Source of the DNA: an uncultured delta proteobacterium
Lineage (GTDB): Bacteria > Myxococcota > Myxococcia > Myxococcales > Myxococcaceae
DNA: 64,000 nucleotides
Direction: 5' to 3'
Assembly: GCA_963776345.1 (NCBI GenBank)
Contig: CAVZMH010000022.1
Span: 32,001-96,000, forward strand
Below the pieces are notes generated by a model. The model saw only the letters and a program-made list of their open reading frames with translations, had not been told where the DNA came from and ran no database searches. This document shows, piece by piece, positions 59,455 to 64,000 of this stretch. Numbering within the stretch: the first letter of the stretch is position 1; every line of letters begins with the position of its first letter. Position numbers and translations under genes: made by a program.

Positions 59455-61105
59455 TGGGCGCCCTCCTCGATGCAGCGGCTGGGGATGCTCACCCGGTAGC
59501 TGCGGAGCTCGTCATTCCAGTACTCACCGGTGAACTTGAAGCCGATCTGCGCCGCGGTGAGGGGAGTCTCCTTCTCCGGCTGGGCCAGCTTGGCGCCGCG
59601 CTTGACGCGCTCGTACAGCTTGAGGCCGACCTCGTACTCCATCAGCCGCACCTGCTCGTCGGCGCGGAGCAGCTTGTCGGCCTCCTCGCGCACCGCCTCC
59701 TGGAGCCGCTGCCGGTAGAGGCGCTCGGCCTCGGCGTGGGCCAGGTCGTAGACCTTGGTGAGGTGCTTGTAGAGCCGCTCGCCGAAGCCGCCGGCGTGGC
59801 GGCCCAGGTTCTCGCCCTCGAGGTTCAGCGACTCGAGGAAGCGCGCGGTCCGCTTGGTGGAGCCGTGGCTGTTGGCCGCCCGGCGGAGCCGGAAGTCCTG
59901 CGTCAGATCGTCCCGGTCGCGGATGGCCTCCAGCGAGTCGCTGAAGCGGCGGGTGAGCTCCTTCGCCGCCCGCTTGGCGGGGAGGTACTGGCAGAGGTCG
60001 CGGTAGACCAGCGCCCGGAGGATGTACTTGTCGGGGAGGAACTCGTCCCGGAAGCTCGGCGCGTCGAGCGTGGTGAGCAGGCCGATGGTCGCCCGCAGCT
60101 GCCCCAGGTTGTACCGGGTCCAGGCCTCCTCCAGGTACAGGGTGGCCCGCCCGGGGTCGAGCGAGGGCAGCTGCACCATGTCGTAGGCCTTGAGCGCGCC
60201 CTCGTAGTCCTTCTTCTCGTAGCGGAGCCGGGCCACCGCCAGCCGGGCCTCGTTCCGCGCCTCCATGGTGAGCTTCTCGTCCTTGGAGAGCTCCAGGAAG
60301 TCGTCGATCATCTGGTCGTCGACGTTCTTGGCGTTCCTCAGCCGGGTGACCAGGAGCGCGAACTTGGCGCGGCTGGCCTCGACCCCGCCCTCGTCGAGCT
60401 TGACGAAGTGGGTCCTGGCCCAGCGCTCGTTGCCCACCCGGAGGTCCACCAGGCCCTGCTGGTAGTTGGCGTAGTCGCTGACGCTGTCCGGGAGGAAGCC
60501 CAGGTCCAGCGAGCCGAAGATCTGCTCGTCGATCAGCACCTCGTCGTGCGGGACCAGGGTGAGGACCTTCAGCGCCTCGAGCGTCTTCGGCAGCACCTGA
60601 GGGTTGCTCCGCTCGTGAGCCACCTTGGCCAGGTAGACCCCCCCGGCGTGGCGGAGGCTCAGGTCGATGAAGCAGCGGGCGAGGAAGTACTGCGCCCAGG
60701 CGTAGTTCTCGTCCGTCGGAGGCGTGGACTCGATGAAGGCGTAGAGCTTGCGCGCCGCATCCTCCTGCTTGTTGTCGAAGTAGTCGCGGAGCGCCTCGTC
60801 GAAGATCTTCGGGTCCACCTTGGGCGCGGGCTGGGTCGCCTCGGCGCCCGTGCCCGGTGCCGCCGCCGCGCGCCGGCCTGCGGCTGCCCCGCAGCCTGAC
60901 CGGGCGTCGCGGTGGTCGTCGCCGGGGGCGTTCCGGCCGGAGGACGGGGCGCGGCGGCCGGGGCGGCCGCGGGCGCACGCGGAGGCGCAGGCGCGCCCTG
61001 CGCCGGCGGGGGAGGGGCGGGCTGAGGAGCCTGGGCGAGTGCCGGAAGCGCGAGCAGGAGCGCCACCGCGGCCGCGGTCGCCGACTGCGTCCGGACGACC
61101 CTCAT
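59451..61105 (-). CDS. GltC/NfsC-like TPR protein, frameshifted near 60870
   Basis: The signal peptide and Pro/Ala linker in ORF 60659..61105 join ORF 59451..60818. C-terminal F.GEYW.DEL..Y......C motif. Confidence 0.75.
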
Positions 61106-61752
61106 TCGGTTCCGCCGAAGTTCAGGGCCAGCGCGATCTGGACGAGGAAGATGTTGGCCTCGAGCCCCTTGAAGATGACGAACTCGTTGCTGAAGTCGAG
61201 CCGGAACGAGACGCCCTTGCTGGTGAAGACGCGGGCGCCGAGGCCCAGGTGCACCGCGGGGCGGAAGACCGTCTGCCCGGTGCCGCTGGCCACGTCAGCG
61301 GCGATGCGCTCGTTCACCACCGAGCCGCCCAGCGTCCCGAAGACCTCGAAGTGGCCGACGCTGCTGTTGAGCCACGAGGTCTTCCCGTAGATCGGCGTCC
61401 ACATCACGTCCGAGCCGACGATCCAGTTGAGCTGCGGGAAGGCGGTGGGGCTCACCCCGAACTGCGTCTCCAGCTGGTTCCGGAGCCCGGTCTTGATGTT
61501 GTACGAGAGCAGCCCGCGTCCCACCTGCCAGGCGAAGTAGTCGCTGAAGTGGTAGACGTAGCCCACCTGTGCGGTGAGGCCCTTGTAGAACGCGTCGAGC
61601 GGCGCGATGCCGATGCCGATCCACAGCTCGCTGGACATCCGGTAGGTCCGGTCCTGGACCGCGAGCACCGTGCCCGGGTTCTCCAGTTCTTCGCCCTGCG
61701 CGTACGCCAGGACGGGAGCGAGGCACACCAGGAGCAAGAGCGTTCGTTTCAA
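61102..61752 (-). CDS. Outer-membrane beta-barrel protein, GltA/GltB/NfsA-like
   Basis: Signal peptide, AVQDR, DAFY, YHFSD, W.PIYGK, and alternating beta-strands. Confidence 0.8.
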   Translation of the reverse strand: MKRTLLLLVCLAPVLAYAQGEELENPGTVLAVQDRTYRMSSELWIGIGIAPLDAFYKGLTAQVGYVYHFSDYFAWQVGRGLLSYNIKTGLRNQLETQFGVSPTAFPQLNWIVGSDVMWTPIYGKTSWLNSSVGHFEVFGTLGGSVVNERIAADVASGTGQTVFRPAVHLGLGARVFTSKGVSFRLDFSNEFVIFKGLEANIFLVQIALALNFGGTE

Positions 61753-61810
61753 GTCGTGTCCTGAACAGTGGGGGAGATGGCGCCGCCTTCGCTGAGCGTC
61801 GCCGCCTCGT

Positions 61811-63982
61811 TCAGAAGCCCACCGCGTTGAAGATGAACGGATAGCTGATGATCACCGACTGGCCTCTGGCGGGCGGGAACTGCCAGGTGTTGAGCGAGCG
61901 GAGGATGCAGCTCTCGACCGAGCTGTCCTTCAATGTCGAGCTCTTGGACTTCGAGCTCACCACCCTGCCCTGGGTGGAGATGCTCCATTCCAGCACGACC
62001 TTGCCGGCCAACCCAGGATTCTTCAGCAGCGCCGCCTCGTAGCAGCGCTGGACCTCGGAGAGGTGGGAGTTGATCGCCTTCGCCACCGCTTCCTTGTCGA
62101 TTTGCCCCTGCGAGCTCACACGGTCGGAGGCTGCGCGCGCCACGCCGGCGCGCACCGGACCTTTCCCCACTCCGCCCGCGCCCATCGCACCGATGCCGCC
62201 GCCGCCCTTGCCCATCAGGAGCTCGCGGCCGCCGCCGGTGCCGTTGCCCACGCCCAGCCCGGGCATTCCCACGTTGCTCGCCACCGGGCCCTTGCCGACC
62301 AGGCCGTTCAGCTTGAAGGCCGCCGCGTTGCCACCGGGCCCGAGCTTGTTGATCGCCGCGAGCATCGACTTCATCGCCGGGCCAGCCGCGCTCACCTTGG
62401 CCAGGGCCTTCTGCACGTTGGCCGGCGGCTGCGGGGTGGGCGGAACGGGCGGGGGCGGCGTCTTGGGAGGCGGAGCCTTGACCACCTTCTTTTCCGGCTC
62501 CTTCTTCTTTTCGGGCTTCTTCTCTTCCTTCTTCTCGACCTTCTCTTCCTTCTTTTCTGGCTTCTTCTCTTCCTTCTTCTTTTCTTCCTTCTTCGGCACC
62601 ATCAGGCGGACGGCGACCGGGTTGAGGTTCCGGGCGTTGAAGTCGGCCAGCTCCGGCCCCTGCGGGCCGAAGAGGATCCACCACACGGTGGGGCCGAAGA
62701 ACGCCAGGACGAGGAAGATGAAGAACCAGGGCTTGCCCCGGAGCGGGTTGACGAAGGTCCGCTCGGGCGGTGGGGCGACGTAGACGAAGCAGGTCATCTC
62801 GCCCTCGTGGAGGGCGACCGCGTTGCCGGTCTGGAGCAGCACGCACTTCCGGCCGTCGTACGACTCGACGTCGCCCGGGGCTGCGGCGGCGAACCGCCCG
62901 TCGCTCCGGCGCCGGTCCACCTCCGCCTTCGGCGGGACGTAGAGGCGGTAGGCGCCGCGGCCCGCGGACTCGGCGAGCGGGAAGCCCTCGGGCATGGTGA
63001 AGCCGTAGAACGGGACCATCGCCACGTCCGCCAGGCCGCTGGTGATGGGCTTCTTGGCCGAGGTGGGCCCGAAGCTGCGCGCCCCCTGCCGGGCGTCCTG
63101 CCAGTAGAGCTCGAAGTAGATGCGGGGCTTGCCCCGGGCGCCCTTGGTGGGGATCGAGAAGAGCCGCGGCCCGCGCACGGTGGCGCCCGCCGGCCGGCGA
63201 CGCGCAGGCCGGGGCACGGGGGCCGCGGCGGCGGGCGGCGGGGGAGGGGCCGCCGGCAGACGGGACTGCTCGGGCGCGCGGGCCACGGGCCGGGCCGGGG
63301 GCGGATCGCTCCACGGCCGCTCCGCTGCTGGGCGCGCCGGCGCCGGGCGATGCTCGTAGGTGTCGAGCGGCGGCATCGGCTCGGCGGCCGACGGGGAGGG
63401 CAAGGGCGCGAGCGGCTCGTCGTCGCCCCGCTGGGCCTTGCCCTTCCTCCGCCGGGCCGAGGGCATGGTCCCCGGCCCCTCGGTCTGTCCGTTCACCACC
63501 GGGGCGCGTGTGTACGGGGCGGGCACCGTGGCGTCCGGCTCGGCGGGGGGCGGAGGGGGCGCGGCGGAGCGGCGAGGCGAGGAGATGGGCGCCACCTGGG
63601 GGATGGACGCGGGCGCCACGGTGCCGAGCAGCGCCGAGACCTCGGGCGAGGGGGTGGTCTTCGGAGTGGCGCGGGGGCCGAGCACCCGGGTCTTGAGCAC
63701 GAAGGGCCCGAGCACCACCTCGTCCACCGAGCGGATCTCGCAGGCGGTGACCTGGTGCCCGTTGACGTAGAGCCCGCCCACCGACCCCGAGTCCTGCACC
63801 GCGGCCTTGCCGTTCTGGAAGTAGAGGACGGCGTGGTGCGGATCCACCGCGGCGTCGTCCAGGCGCAGATCGGCGTCGTCGGCGCTGCCGAGCACGTAGG
63901 AGCCGGGGACGAAGACCTCGGTCCCCACCAGGAGCCCGTCGCGCAGGATGACGACCTGGAGCACTGCCGGTTGGCCGCTCAA
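61811..63982 (-). CDS. FHA + TM + TonB-C (AgmX/PglI C-terminal) protein, GltG/NfsG-like
   Basis: N-terminal FHA-like region (G...D..V...HA...D.GS..G.YVNG), one TM helix, a KKEEKK linker, then CYE..L...P.L.GKV...W.I...G.V, W.FP...G, YPFIF. Confidence 0.85.
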   Translation of the reverse strand: MSGQPAVLQVVILRDGLLVGTEVFVPGSYVLGSADDADLRLDDAAVDPHHAVLYFQNGKAAVQDSGSVGGLYVNGHQVTACEIRSVDEVVLGPFVLKTRVLGPRATPKTTPSPEVSALLGTVAPASIPQVAPISSPRRSAAPPPPPAEPDATVPAPYTRAPVVNGQTEGPGTMPSARRRKGKAQRGDDEPLAPLPSPSAAEPMPPLDTYEHRPAPARPAAERPWSDPPPARPVARAPEQSRLPAAPPPPPAAAAPVPRPARRRPAGATVRGPRLFSIPTKGARGKPRIYFELYWQDARQGARSFGPTSAKKPITSGLADVAMVPFYGFTMPEGFPLAESAGRGAYRLYVPPKAEVDRRRSDGRFAAAAPGDVESYDGRKCVLLQTGNAVALHEGEMTCFVYVAPPPERTFVNPLRGKPWFFIFLVLAFFGPTVWWILFGPQGPELADFNARNLNPVAVRLMVPKKEEKKKEEKKPEKKEEKVEKKEEKKPEKKKEPEKKVVKAPPPKTPPPPVPPTPQPPANVQKALAKVSAAGPAMKSMLAAINKLGPGGNAAAFKLNGLVGKGPVASNVGMPGLGVGNGTGGGRELLMGKGGGGIGAMGAGGVGKGPVRAGVARAASDRVSSQGQIDKEAVAKAINSHLSEVQRCYEAALLKNPGLAGKVVLEWSISTQGRVVSSKSKSSTLKDSSVESCILRSLNTWQFPPARGQSVIISYPFIFNAVGF

Positions 63983-64000
63983 GTCAGAGCTCGGAGTCGT

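Noticed and set aside
62490..62595. AT-rich TTC/CTT repeat tract
   Set aside because: It encodes the KKEEKK linker typical of TonB-like proteins and is not a separate DNA element.

Overview
A very GC-rich bacterial window that looks myxobacterial (Myxococcota). The evidence is a Glt/Nfs-like gene cluster, three Hanks-type Ser/Thr kinases and a CxxxCH/CxxCH multiheme cytochrome. About 50 protein genes can be supported. I saw no rRNA, tRNA, CRISPR array or transposase. Housekeeping and metabolic genes include kdsB, pyc, pta-ackA, an RluA pseudouridine synthase, aat, SulP and a cardiolipin-synthase-type PLD. They are mixed with accessory blocks: (i) a coupled pair of a transglutaminase-like lipoprotein (Ser where the catalytic Cys would be) and a discoidin/prenyltransferase-repeat/VWA protein, 5850-10780; (ii) a metallophosphoesterase, USP-like/PLD, USP and Na,K-ATPase-like (P2C) operon, 19241-26364; (iii) a TMTC-like glycosyltransferase with a secreted HExxH protein and a secreted partner, 27651-30750; (iv) about 2.1 kb bracketed by two inverted copies of a 65-bp palindromic repeat, 42315-44543; (v) an in-frame RnfD/NqrB-like plus DUF2330 fusion that keeps an internal RBS; (vi) a seven-gene Glt-paralog cluster, 53074-63982. 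Two intergenic multi-hairpin elements with C-rich loops are sRNA candidates. Several genes carry frameshifts, often in C/G runs, which are probably sequencing errors. All family calls come from reading motifs by eye, not from database searches.
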